A DNA stretch of 64,000 nt from Bugula neritina (taxonomy: Eukaryota > Animalia > Bryozoa). The notes under the pieces are model-generated. The model did no database searches. It was not told where the DNA came from and worked only from the letters and a program-made list of their open reading frames with translations. The stretch's first letter is position 1, and each line of letters begins with the position of its first letter. Positions 1 to 13,900 of the stretch are shown one piece after another. Position numbers and translations under genes: made by a program. The stretch lies in the NCBI GenBank assembly GCA_964035545.1, contig OZ037768.1:20381700-20445699 (forward strand), in the 5' to 3' direction.

Positions 1-1034
1 TCCTAAAATATAAGAAGCGCATAAATATTAAAACTTCTGCTTTCATATTTCCTTTAAGAAACAAGTTATACGCATAATTTTAGATACACCAATTTAAAAA
101 TGAGGTTCCATAGAAGGATTTAAATAATGAGATTTTATAAATTTTATCAAAACTGAACAATTTGTTACTTTACATTTCGTTCGTTTTTGGAAAGCGTGAA
201 TGTGACTGAGCACCAATGTAAATACAAGATCCTTTGATAATGACAGTAACTGTCAATATGAGCACAAAACTGAGTTTTCAATAAGCTTGAGGATACTTAA
301 ACTTTATGAACTTAGTACCACAAGCAGTATAATAATTATGTGCTCACATGTATTGAGTGAGCTTACTACTGGTACTTTCACTTTCATTCAAGGTCAACTT
401 TTTTATATTTATGAACTCAACATAAATATCAACATGAATAATTATAAATTTGGTTACTGAAAGTAAATCAAAATATTATTATATAATTATAATTATCATC
501 AACAATTACAATTGTTATTAGACTTGAAGTTAAGTCACTTCACTAAAACTTTTCATAAAAGCTAAAGGTGATTTTTTTTATATCGAGAATTATTTTAGTT
601 ATTATAGTTATATTTTATTACGTATACATAATACTATCAGTATCACTATGGTTGAATTTTTATTTTTAAAATCAAATACTGAAAATCAAAATAAATTATT
701 TAACAAATAGTTCAAATTTTATATGATATTTATAATTATATTTAATTATTATTATTGTTATAATATAAATATTCATCATTATTATAATGGTAATTATTAT
801 CACTTTGACTTCATCATTATGTCTGTGATAATCATAATCACAATCAATGAATCACAATGATAAACTTAAAGTCAAAGTGATAAATATAAATATTCAGATT
901 GAGATTGTTTCAATTTCATATTTGTCAATAACCTGAAACCAGCGATTAACCTATAATTTTAACGTAATCAAAGACATTATTAACACTATCTTTAATCTGT
1001 TCAAAATATATATAAGTAAACAGACAACACCAAC

Positions 1035-1148
1035 CTCTATTTCAGTAACATTGAGCGTTGTATCCAAATCTGCTGTTGGACCTTCATCATCGGAAATAAA
1101 TTCTGGATCAGGAGCATCATGGAGCTCCAAGTCGAACATACCAGCCAT
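1035..1148 (-). CDS. RPS6KB1: Ribosomal protein S6 kinase (p70 S6K), first coding exon; remainder of gene lies left of the window
   Basis: Translates MAGMFDLELHDAPDPEFISDDEG...TEIE, matching the S6K N-terminus (human MAGVFDIDL) with a TOS motif FDLEL followed by an acidic stretch. Ends after 38 whole codons at a GT donor (GAG|gttggt, 1034). No kinase-domain exons are visible in the window. Confidence 0.8.
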
Positions 1149-1249
1149 ATCATACGTGGTAGAAGCTTTTCAATTTGAAAATAACCATTAAACTACGTAA
1201 ACTAGTTCAATTTTGTACACCTGTATTAGATTTTCTACCTTTTCAATTC

Positions 1250-1445
1250 ATAACTTGGGGAAATCGTCAAAGACAAATGTCATTGATTGACTCCTACAGT
1301 AGATAATCAGAAAGGAAGTGACGTTAGACGGTAGTTTGTGCGCGCTCCAATAGTAATGATGCTGGGTGGTATTAATTCGTGGCTCCCATGCTATACGGCC
1401 ACTTTTTCGAGTTATTCTCTCGAAGCAAGAGTTGAAAAGCCAGAA
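1250..1445 (-). promoter_or_regulatory. Probable S6K promoter / 5' region
   Basis: Locally CpG-enriched island in AT-rich DNA immediately upstream of the S6K start. Contains an ETS-CRE-like composite GGAAGTGACG at 1314-1323. Confidence 0.45.
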
Positions 1446-3079
1446 TGACAATTAAAATATTTACAATTCTTGTAATAACCTGTCTTCTATAAAAAAAAAA
1501 TAAAAAAAACAATTACTTATGTTGCAGTTCATATCTATTTTTCATGGTAAAAGTTAAGTTCAACTAATTTATGAACGTCGACTACTGTTGCCATGAAGCT
1601 TGTCCAACCTCAGTGCTTGCAATTTTTACTGTTCACAATTAGATGCATTCAAATCAGTGATGGTGCAATTAAATTCAACATTTAAAACTAATATGTTTGT
1701 TGTCATATAGATATTATGCAACAATTGTGATTTGAGAGGTATTCAACCTGCATGGTGTATAGTTTGCACATAATCATCATAACATATTATCTAGGAAATA
1801 TGCATGGAATTTTATAGATTGTAATTGAGATAAAATTAGATGTATACAAATAACAGCACAAAAATTCAATAAAATAATCATCACACATATTTTCTGAGTA
1901 CATACTTGCAATTGATCACTATATCTAGCTAGAATCTACATTAGATGATTCAGAGCTACCTGAATTTTAGCTAATTCTGCGTCAACCTGATTCAATTCAA
2001 TACATATATTTATATTTACAATTTGGTTAACATAACTTCCCCGTGTAAGATTAAAATTCTTATATAATTTAATATTCAATACAACCAAGAGAAATACCTG
2101 TTTAACTAATAGCAGATTGATAAGATCTACATTTTAGATATCACAGAGTTTCAAATCAAAATTTTATGGACAAAGACAGCAGCAACCTATACAGGCATCT
2201 AATAATTAAATAGAAAACTCCATTCTTGAGTGAACCTATTTAATGCATATATATTTTCAATTGTAAATTATAATTGATTTACACAGTGTTATAGTTTATG
2301 GAAAATTCTCTGACTGATTTAACCTTTATTGCCAGCTTGCAAGATTTGTATCGTAAAATTACAAGTTCAAATTTATGCTGCTCGTATAAAATATCAAATT
2401 GCACGAACTCTACCCTGAAAATTATATTGGTAAACGCTGAGAAATGCTCATACCCTTATTACAGAGGAGATATGGGTTGAGCAAGTGATTAAACACTGAC
2501 ATTAGCCATTGGCTTGTCTTATTGGTGCTACTGATGATAGGTAGCCTTTAACAACATTGTTGAAGGATTTGCTTCTCTTGTTGCTGAAACCTTAATCCAT
2601 CTGTTGGGAACACAATTAGCACAAGAATTCTGTATTTTCAGCTCAGATAGATGCTCGATTGTAAGAGTATAGCATTATAAATTACTGTATGAGTGTAAAA
2701 CAATTTTCAATACGGGATGCCTACCACTACAGAGTACACAGCTGTATTTATAGTTAGAAGTATTTTGTGCATAACAAGAAAGAGGGAGGGGTGGGGGCAA
2801 TGCTAGTTGTGTTGAATGGTTAGACAACTCAGGTATTGATAAACAAATCTATTGAACTTTGTGCACTCAAAGCAATTATGACAATGGTGGCGGTGAAAGC
2901 TAAAATAATAAACTTTTGCATGATTAGTTATAAAGAATTGAATAATAATCTCTGCAAACATTTATATAAGTTGAGCCTTTGCTATCACTAATCAATAAGA
3001 AGTAGCAAGAACTTTGAAATGTCAGTCCATAACGTATAGATCTAGTCATTACAGTAGTTTTTATCATTGCTGATACAGT

Positions 3080-3214
3080 ATCAACTCCGAAGAGAAATTT
3101 AGCGTCCTTGATTAGCCATAGCTGTGGCCAATGAGCACCGCGATTCACAAGCACACCCATAATAATTGCCCTTGATCGCTGTTGCCATTTTATGTTTATC
3201 CAAAGAGTAACACA
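3080..3214 (+). promoter_or_regulatory. Probable WSB promoter and non-coding first exon
   Basis: CpG-enriched patch with CCAAT (3128-3132), a YY1-like GCCATTTT (3184-3191) and a consensus donor aca|GTAAGT at 3215 that could join the acceptor ttattttag| at 4929 upstream of the WSB ATG. Confidence 0.4.
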
Positions 3215-4995
3215 GTAAGTTAGCATCCAATAATCATACGAAGTGCGGATCAGCTTTGACTTTGAGTGAAAAATCGTGTAACTGTAAGTAAATATTAAAA
3301 TAAGCTTACCTTGCTACCATTGTGATTGTGATTATTTGATGTTTACAATTATTTAACTGAACTTCAACTTCAAGTGTAAGCCTAACACTAACTGTAAGAC
3401 TAAGAGTAAGAGTAAGTCAGTGTGAGTGTCACTGTCAGTTTCAAACTCAGACTGAGACTTAGCGAGTACCTAGTTACTTAGATTTAATCATAATCATAAT
3501 GATTGTCATAACGACGATGATTTATACTTATACTAATACTATAAGTTATAGTAGTATAACATTATCATTATGATTAACTATGACTATCACTATCGGTATC
3601 ACAGTGACTGAGTGACAGACATTATGATTATCACTATGAGTATGACTATCACTATGGCCATCTGTATCAGACTAACAGTATGAGTATCAGTACTGATCAG
3701 TGATACTGGTTTAGTGATACTACCACTACCAGTATCACTATGACTATCAGTATCACAATCACAGGATGTGAAACTGAATGCAAAGCCAAATGTCAAGACT
3801 TTTACTTTAGTCTCAGAATGACAATTACACTAACACTTACAGTATGAGTAACAATAACACTTGAATAACTGTAAGCCTTATTCATGGTGATAGTCATACT
3901 GATGCTCAATCTTATACCCATACTCATAATGATAGTGTTACTGTTACTGTTAGCAATAGGCTGTCTTTTTTAGCTTTAGTTTTGTCAATATGAATACCTC
4001 ACAAGCACATTGTAAATGTGATTGTTTGACTTTCGGGTTCAGTCAGTTACTCTTAGTATGAGTATCACATTAACTGAAATTGCTGAAACTGAAAGTTCCA
4101 CCTCCAGTCTTTCACAATTGAAATTGGAATAAAAAATTTAATTACAATTGTGATACTGATTGTCATTAAGTAATGACAATAACTTTTTGTATAATGATAA
4201 AATTTATCGAATTATATATAATTGTAAGTGTAAAACTAATAACAAGTGTTATGCTAACATAATTTTAATAATCATTAGGGTAATCAATTTTGACAATAAT
4301 TAAGATTATTTATCAGTTCAAATTAATCAATGATTTAATATAAAACTAACTAGTGTTATAACATTAATTTAATGCTATTAATATAATAAATATAATAAGC
4401 ATCTTATATTTTATTTGGTTTTAAAATTAGTGTGTCTGTGTTTTTCATCATTCATTTATATTAGATTTATTTTAAGTATGATGTCTTCTAAGTTGATACT
4501 TTGTATAGGCGAAAGAATATAGCAGTTATCTGGAGATAGTGGTATACTCTCCCAGTTATGAATTTTCCGTAGAAATACTAGTGTGTCCCAGTTGTTGGCT
4601 TTTGCAGATATTAAATATTCACAAACTTCTAAGTCAAAGTCTCGGACTGGCTTGTGAGCAGGAGACATTTGAATTATGTACTGTTGATGTATGATAAGCT
4701 TGTGGACAATATTCATTAGCTAAAAACTTTAGGTTGCTGGTTGAATATTTAAAAACTTGTTTTTAAAATTTTTCCTTCCTAGAAAGTAGAAAATTATATG
4801 TGGTATACTAGCAACAGCTTGCATAGTTTTGACTGCAAGCCGTCATTCAACTGATTCAAAGTTTTATTCTCATCTCTAATTGCCACACATGTTAATGTAT
4901 TAAGTATCTCCCAGCTGTTTTTATTTTAGATCTTTTGGGAACATACGGGTTAAGCTCATCTATTTTACATCTGTACTGCAAACTAAGTGAAGTCA

Positions 4996-7900
4996 ATGGA
5001 TGTAGAAGTTAGACAGTCTTTTCCTGATGATAAACAGGCAGCAGATTTCGGTAGGTTGCATTTTTATGTCACTTAAATAGCCAATAAGGTAATTCGTTCT
5101 AAAAAAAATCGTTATCTATTCTTTTAGTTAACTAAAATCTTTTCGATAAATTTGTGTCAACTGTATCATTAGCTATGTCCTGAAAGTCAATTTGAACACT
5201 ATGTAGACGGACTGCTACAAATACTTTAACCAAAACAACTTTGCCTGACACTTTGACCAACTTTTATAATGTTATGATAACATATCTACTAGGCCTGCTT
5301 TTCCACTCTGTGTGTGAGTTTTTGCTCTGTTGTTGTTTGCCCTAATAAAAGATTTATTTGCAGTTCTGCTAAGAGAGGAAGATGGTTCGAGATCGTGGTG
5401 GTGTAGCGCACTGATCTATTGAGTATTTACATCAATACACATGACATTGTATGCCATTTTGAATTCTAGTGCCGATTTTCAAGTTCAAAAGTATTTGCAA
5501 ATAAATGTCGTGTTCATTCTCAAGTCAAATGTTTAGTTGATGGTCATGTTGAAGCTTTTTGTTGCTAGAAAGGTTTGGCTTATCTGTTTCAACTAAAAGT
5601 ATACTGCATTTTCAAGCTGTCTATTATTACGTACCGTGATTCTAGTGACATCCATATACGAAATGCTGCCATATATGTATTGGACGTGCCCTAACTATTA
5701 GAATGTATAATCTGTAGATATTGAGAAGATAGTGACTAAACACAGCGCACACCATGATGTGAACATAGCCAATGAGGTGCTTCCTCACAGAAAAGTACAC
5801 ACTGTATGCCGTAACTGTGCGTGGTCTGAGGATGGCAAGCTGTTTGCCTGGGCGTGTAACGAGTATACAATACAAATCATGTCTGCTGACGCTATCACTT
5901 CCAACAATCAGTAAGTTTATGTGAATCAGATGGTGTTTCAGATTGGTTAAGTGTTGATTTGAGCTGACTTCAAATAGTATGAGTTCTATTCCATCTCAAA
6001 TATCAGATTCCATTTATTTCTTACCCCCTCCCCATTTTTGTAAAATACAGGACATTGGGTTAAGCACTATGTTCAGCTAGGACCTGAAACTATTTTCTGA
6101 CATAAGTAATGAGTCTTGCAATTTACAAAATGGTGCATATTAGCATTTATTGGGTCCTGGTCACCTATCTACCGCGTGTTATACATGCTATTTACGCGTG
6201 TTGTTTAGGTCCAACATACATATAATATACGTATGTTGGACCTGAGGCCCCATAATATAATATATTATGGGGCCTCAGGTTTCCACATAATTTGATGATT
6301 AAGTGCTACATTATTCAGAACAACTTCCATTACCCCACGTTTATTCACCACTCTTCTCTTTTTAGTTTATTTGATATCCTACCTAGTCTAGGTAACAGAA
6401 CTAAATTAATACCAGTGATACTATTAACACTACGGAACTACTTTTCCAACAAAATGATGTATCTAGTTAATGACTGGTAAAGCAATTCATCTGTTATATA
6501 AGTTAAATTCAGGTTATATAATAGAACAGGATTCATAGGATCATAAATATAACCAATAAAACATTATTTATGGAAAATCAAAAATACTCCTACAATTTTT
6601 CAGCTTTGACTGATTGATAGATTTATTATATATCACAGACATGAAAACATGTTACGAAATTCAGTGTAAATACTGGCCTTAAATGGAAAGAAATCAAGGA
6701 CTCTGTAGGATTAGTTAAAATAAAGTGTCATTTAAAGTACATACAAGAATTGTTCATCTATATATTTAGTAGGTCTTGTGAAATTGTGTGTTGCAAGAAT
6801 AGCCAAGATAAGTAAGTCCTTTATCAGTCAGACATATACCTGTTGAGGTACGTCAGACATATACCTGTTGACTTGTTATTCTAGGCAGATGGAAGATACC
6901 CTTTCAGTAGAGTGTAACTATCCAGTAACCTCTCTGCTCTTCGTTTCCTCTAACAAGACGGTGCAAGATTCCTGTGACAACCAGGGCTACCAGCTGCTCA
7001 GATGGCGAGAAAACAAGACAGTTATGGTTGTTGGCATGAAGAGTGGCCGTGTGCGAGTGATCAATGTCCGTGATGGTGAGTTACGTTTGTTCATACTCTG
7101 CAGTCACTTCTCTTTAAGAAATGTCTTCAGCCAAGGAGTTCTGATTCTGTATTGTAAACCAACCATTTCACTGCACCATTCAGCTTGAAGTCATGTAGTC
7201 ATGGGTTCGAACCCGACAAAGGCCATTGGTGATGTTAGAAAGAGCATTCAGTCATAACTGCTCCTGTGCCCCATCTGAATAAGTCGTTAGCCCTATTTAA
7301 CAAAAAACCTTTCCATCAGGGTTTTCTCACAGGGGTGGCGACTATAAACTTGCGTGAGTTTTTTTATTCAGCTTGTAGTCACAAGATGAACGCTCATCGC
7401 TGATGCAATATTTCCACTGTCAAAAGAGTTTTTAGTATTTTGGCCAGGAAAAACAGTTTTTTACAAATTTCAGTTGTTGACAAATTTATAGCAGTTTTCA
7501 AAACTAGATTCTAGCATATTTTGGCATTTGGTAAGTATATTTTCCTCAAGGAAGCTTCCATCGAGTGGGTTTGAGTTTGGTCTACGTGTACTGAGATTGA
7601 CAAGTGATAACTAGCTAGTTCCAGTATTCCAGTAACAGCATAGAATCAGTGAGCACTTGGCATATGTTAGCTGTAAGCAATGCATTGCATCAGATTCAAT
7701 GTTGATCCGTATTAAACACATTATGATGGGTTATTGCAGTGTCTGTCATCAGATTTGACTCTAAGCTATCATATAACTGTGGATCTACTCACCTCCGGTC
7801 TTAATGAATGCATATTATATTCTGTATGTTTACCCATCAGCTTTTCCTGTCCATTAAAAAGTGAAATACAATGTTGAACATCGTTTAGCAGTCCATAACT

Positions 7901-10900
7901 ACTGTTTCTAGGACGTCTTTCTCTACAATAAAACTATTATATAATGGGAAAGTTGGGGATTTGTAATAAAAACAACTAAATTTATTAGCACAGTATATGC
8001 TGTTCTCTACAGCTGGTGGTATTTTATGTTTTTATCTTCACTATGTTTTTAAAACCATCCTATTCACTTGTCAACTTGAATGCCAATAACAACTGTAAAC
8101 ATCATCTATAAATAGTCACATTATCAGCACACCATTGATAGTCCTAGAGGGCTCTGGGAACAGTTGTGAGGTTGGTGTTTCACGTTACTGGGTGACAACA
8201 GAAGTGATACTACACACACCTTTGGGCTCTTATCATTTCATAGTGGTCATCTTAGAAGGCATTTACTAAACACAGTGGATGATAAAAACCGACATGGAGC
8301 AGTTCCAAACTCTAACCTTCAGTTAAAAATAGGTTTTTCTAATTCTCGTTATCCAGGGTTCCAACCTCTGTTGCTGGTTGCTTGAACTGTCCTTCAGTTG
8401 CTGATTGCTTGCACTATTTTACGGAGACTACTGCATTATAACATATAATTAATCATATTGCAATTATATGTTGTCTGTCCATATCAGCTGCCTGACATGT
8501 GGTAGTTGGCTGGTTTGCATACCATCAACTGTAGGCTAGATTCTAGATGTAAAAATAGCTAGTCGCTCTACCAATCTTGGTCATTGTCTTATTGATTTCT
8601 GAATGCTTTTCACTACAACCTATAATCTAGGTCATGAATGTTTGACTGACAAGTAAAAATAATAAATCAATAGGGGAAGTATGTGGGATTATGAGGATTT
8701 ATGGCAGATTCTTTTTCCTTAGAAAGTTTCACAGCAAGTAATGTTGGCTGCTGCTACTTATAGTAAATCATTCCTATATTAGTTCCAGTTGTTGGGGAGG
8801 CAGGCTGGATATTTAGAGAGCCACAAATAGATAATTTCTAAAATGAGCAAACTTGCACACTCATCATTCAATCCTTCAGGTCACGTAGGTTCAGCACATG
8901 TTATGATCACCATATTGTAATAGCTAGTATGATATTTGCAGGCAATGGGTAAACTAATAATTATAGGACTATCTTATTTTTAGTCTTAGTCCTTGCAGGT
9001 AAAGGGCAGGGCAGGTGTCGTAATAGAGAATTGCTCAAAACATGTGTTCTACATTAGAAATGTAGCAAAAGAAGTTATGTTCTCACAACAACTTCAACCG
9101 TGCCCCAAACCGAATTTCATAAAGAAATTTAAAGAACTTAGGCTATGTCAATCTCTCCACTACTGCTCCTAAATGTAAAGTACTCAAGACTATATTATAT
9201 ATATTATTATAATGTAATATTTAAATAAAAGCTATATAGACATAAAAGTATAGTATAGCCTACACCGTTATTTCTTAATGCTTCCCAAAGCCACTGTATG
9301 CTGGTGCTGGGTGTTCACAAATTAATCCGGCATGTATGGGTTTCAGGGAGTATACTGCTGGAGCTAATAGACCATAAGGACCATGTCTCCTCTCTCAGTG
9401 TCTCTGAAAGTCTAACCCTGGTGTCAGCTTCATACGATGGTACTATCAAGGTAGGATGACTCCTGCATGTGCACACCTTGCCTTAGATATGAACTCACTA
9501 ATTCCTAGATTCTATAATAAACTACACAATCCTTAAGGTCATTCTATGGGCAATTGAGGAACTAATTTAAATTTCAGCTCTTTGTTTTAGCATCTTTCCT
9601 TTTTAAGATCTTTTTTAGCTGTAGAAATAAAGTGAATAAAAGGCATGCATGTCATAGGAAATGGATTATTTGTTAAACTAAATTGGATGCATTTAATTTG
9701 AAGAAAGCGAATACTTCAATTTATGATGATAAAGGATTGAATAAGGAACTCATGTAATTAAGTATTGATATGGATGCGGCAGCCATTAACGTTTGACTTT
9801 GTGTTTTGTTGAGCTAAAAGGCTGTTACTAAGGAAGTTGTTTGTCCAATTGAATAGATGTTAATATTGCTCAGGTACTTTTGTGTTGTCATCATTTCTTC
9901 ATCACTCATCTACTTCACACCTGTACAGTGCTTTCAGTTTCATCTTAGGACTTCTCTCACGTATGCCTACGCCGTATGCCTACGCCGTATGCCTACGCCG
10001 TATGCCTACGCCGAATGCCTACGCCGTATGCCATGAGCTTTTTTATAATTACTTGTAGTTCTGGGACTTGGCTGATGATGGAAACATGTTCCACTCCTTT
10101 CTGGTGGCCAACTACACAGCCTGCAGAGGTGTGCGCCACAAAGTTCTTTCGGTTGCCTGGTCACCTGACGGGGCTCGTGTTGCTACTACTGGCACATTTA
10201 AAGCTGTATGTATATGTAACTCATACCCCCCCCCCACCACCCCCCCCATCCTAGTAACCTTCTGCATAGCCTTGGGGCTTCTCGAATAATATGTCTCTTC
10301 GTAGCGCATGAAAAGCACCACCCTTAGGGAGCTAATTCTACCTCCCTGGATTCCCACTCACGCCTTAAGAGTGAGAGAGCTAAAAATGTGTGTGACCAGC
10401 ATTATATGCAGTCATGCAGTTTGTGTACCTAGATAAAGGGAAATAAGCTTGAGTGAAAAGTAAAACGATTTATGGATTTTTATGTTAGAATGGAAACTGC
10501 TAGTTAAATGTAGTGAATGGAATTTAGTGTCACTATGATATTAGAGTAGTGTAGTTTGTAGGTCATCATCAACCAGTAAAGCGTCTCTAATTGTAGGCTA
10601 AATATAATACCACTAGCCTATGCTTTCTTGGGATTCACTCATGTTTACTCTTGGAATTTTCACCTTAACTACTGGAAACTTCCTTTTGTCAGTTTGCCAA
10701 GCAGACTATAATCTTGGCAGATTGCCAAAAGAACCTGCCCCTGTACTTATACCTGTTTGTTTTCTAAATTATATCTCAGCTGATTAGTGTGGGGTCTACA
10801 AGCTGAAAGTCACGTTCACATAAGATTGTGTTTACTTCTTGGTATATATTCTAAAGCTCTCTCAGTTTACCTGTCTACATGTTGAGTGCTCCATTATATC

Positions 10901-13900
10901 CTCTAATTTTGTGCTGCAGTTCAACAAAATGCTTGAATGCAGGATTCCTTTCCCTTAATTACTCTCTATTGAGTAATACTTAATAAAAACACCATTAGCT
11001 GTGTAAATTGCTAAAATAATGCCTGATTGCATTTTTAGTTCTGTCTAACAATTATATTGGTATAAGTATGTTTAGACAAGTTGGGCTTCATTTTAGCAGT
11101 TTGAAAAATGGCTTTAAATCTACTTGTAATACACTGCACTATCTATAATAATGTCAACTTAGCATTTTCTTGTTTACAATCTCATTCTCTATGATATATA
11201 ATATCCACCCAGCATCTACATTCTATTCACTCCCATAGGCGTGCTATTGAAATATCAGCCATCTTTGTCTAGATCAGTTGATTCATCCTGGCAGGTCTAA
11301 CATATTCGGCATGTCACCAAAATTAATTGCAGGACAGTCTTTAATCTAATTTCAGATAAAAAACAACATTCAGTTAAATTGCAAAGTGCACGTGTACTGT
11401 TTTTGAGTGTTCGACCCATAAAGGGGTGTGTACTTGTGTGGCGCAGTAGATATGAGCTGTGCCTTTGGCTATCATCCTTACATCTCAGGCTAACAATTCA
11501 CTTGCATAAATTTCTCATCTTCTATTGATCCTCCTAATTATTAATGTATCAATAGGATGCGCAATTAATCACATCACTGGTTTCTAGATCATCAATAGAG
11601 CAGATAACTTCAAGAAGTGTTGTGTGATTTAGGAATTTAATTTGTTATAATGTGGCTGGTGTTCTCAAAGTTTTCACCATGTTATACCTGGGTTCTCAGT
11701 CTAATGTCAAATAGATTTTCTCAGGTGCACCTTTTGGCTTCACACTATAATTACTAAGCTTTAAGTTTATTTTCAGAAATAAAGAAATGTTATTGTCCTG
11801 GATAGATATAATTCTATAAACACAAGGTACTGCTACATTGCGAGTTACCATGATTGTAATGAATTCTAATCATTGTTATGAGATTGTCTTAAATGTACAG
11901 CATAAACCTCAGTCTAATAATTTAAGAGTAGTAGTGGAGAGATTAAGATAGCCCAAGTTCTTTAAAAATATTATAAATTTTGGTTTGGGCTCGGGTTGAA
12001 ATTCTTGCGAAAACATAATTTTTCAATACAATCTTAATATCACATTATAAACCACCTACTCTCAAACATTAATTAGGATTTATCACCCTTTGTAAAACTG
12101 TTAACGCTACAAAGTGAAGTCAAACATAACCTGTACTAGGAAACTTACAGAAGCGCAATAAATATCATAGTAACGCAATAAATATCATAGTAACGACTCA
12201 ATGTACACTGTAGGTTGTCATCTTTGATATGAGAAATAAGGAGCCAGGTTTGACGTTGTCTGGTCACGTGAACCGTGTCAACAGGTGTCAATTCTCCCCG
12301 GACGGCACTTTGTTGGTCTCCGCTTCAGTAGACACAACCTGCATTGTGTGGAACTCTTACACAGGGGTGATTGTCTGCAGACTAGGGTGAGTATAATCTG
12401 CAGCATGTCTTGCTATCTGAATCACTTATGTGACTCTGCTGATATAACAGTGATATACCTTTGCCCATTACATTGTATGATATAATATGTTAATAATATC
12501 ACCTCTCATTCCTTTGTAAATAGACTTTACAATGTGCCACGTAGTAGAGCTGTTTGCCAGCTTTTGACTATTTCTGTAAACCTCTGCTAAGAAAAGTAAC
12601 TTTATGATTTCATACTGTAGACATCAATTTCCATTTTATGCTGTGGACATCAATTTTCTTTTTAAATTGCAGACATCAGTTCCCGGAGCCATGTCCGTGG
12701 TTTCCTGGCGAGAGTGACACAGATGTACTCGACTGTGTCTTCTCAAAGACTGGGCTCCAAGTGGTTACTGCTGCTGATGACGGGTAATGGTGTACTTGAT
12801 CTGCTATAAAATATCAGATCATTTTCAGACAGTGTCAAAGATTTGCCTTTTTAAGTGATGGTCTTGTAAGGAAATATGGAGTTTTCATTGACATTACTGG
12901 CATATAATAGATTGCCTTTGGGCTTCGAACCCTAAGCTTTGATCTTGTTGTAATAATTGTTAAATGAGAGCCACTTTTCTCTCAAAATTATATCATCAAG
13001 GATATAATTTAACTTAGCTAGCTTAATCAACTGAGCTTTTGGGCTACTAGTTTTGTTGATGTTTACACTTTCAGTGGTGCAGTCCTGTTAGGGGAGGAGG
13101 TTGTGTTGACGGACTGTGTGTGTCTAGTTCTCATCTGCATTCTGGTTTGAGCTGTTTGATCCCTCAATGTAATCGACTTGTCATACACTGGATTGTGCAG
13201 CGAGTTTATTGTGTGTTACCAGGTATCTTCGCTTCTGGGACTTGCAATCTCCAAACTCGCCTGTCTCCATCTGCGCTGTTGATAATCCACTTTGCTGTTC
13301 TTTCAACCAGAATGGAAGATTCCTAGCAGTTGGGTAGGATACACTACATCTACTATTGCAAGGGTACACTAGTGCTACTAGGTTACATCTACTATTGCAA
13401 GGGTGCACTAGTACTGCTAGGGTACATCTGCTATTGCAAGGGTACACTAGTGCTACTAGGTTACATCTACTATTGCAAGGGTGCACTGGTTTTGCTAGGG
13501 TACATCTACTATTGCAAGGGTACAATAATACTCTTGCAGTACTGTCGGAGGTACACTTGATACTGTGAAAATAAGCAAATATAATGATGACTCTATGGTG
13601 TACGAATATCTGCCAGTGCTAAACCAATTTGTTACAACTTCTGTGCTGAAAATAATGTTTACTCCAAAAACCTATTGTACAGACGTGAAGCTAATACTAG
13701 TATCATGGTACATGTGATGCAGAAACTGACACTGCTTTAGCACTACTACCGTGTTAGGCATCTGACTATTCTATCTCCACTGCTGACTCTGTTACAGGTC
13801 GACTACCGGAGATCTGGTGATAGTGCAGCCCACCCAAACTCTGCCCTCTCTGCTTCAACTCTGTAGACTGGCTTGCAACACATCACAGCATATTCAGTAT

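Noticed and set aside
1650-1890. C-box-like RTGATGA words on the minus strand (possible C/D snoRNAs)
   Set aside because: No suitably placed CTGA D box with a terminal stem.
1460-3320. Possible small minus-strand multi-exon gene (ATG GTA GCA AG|gtaagc at 3320-3310; pieces such as VEFVQFDILYEQHKFELVILRY and VDAELAKIQ; ORF 2924..3226)
   Set aside because: Chaining needs a 28-nt intron or weak donors and gives no recognisable protein. It cannot be supported without transcript data, though a non-coding transcript is not excluded.
13181-13568. Three overlapping repetitive ORFs in the ORF track
   Set aside because: Products of the 39-bp intronic minisatellite (unit length is a multiple of 3).
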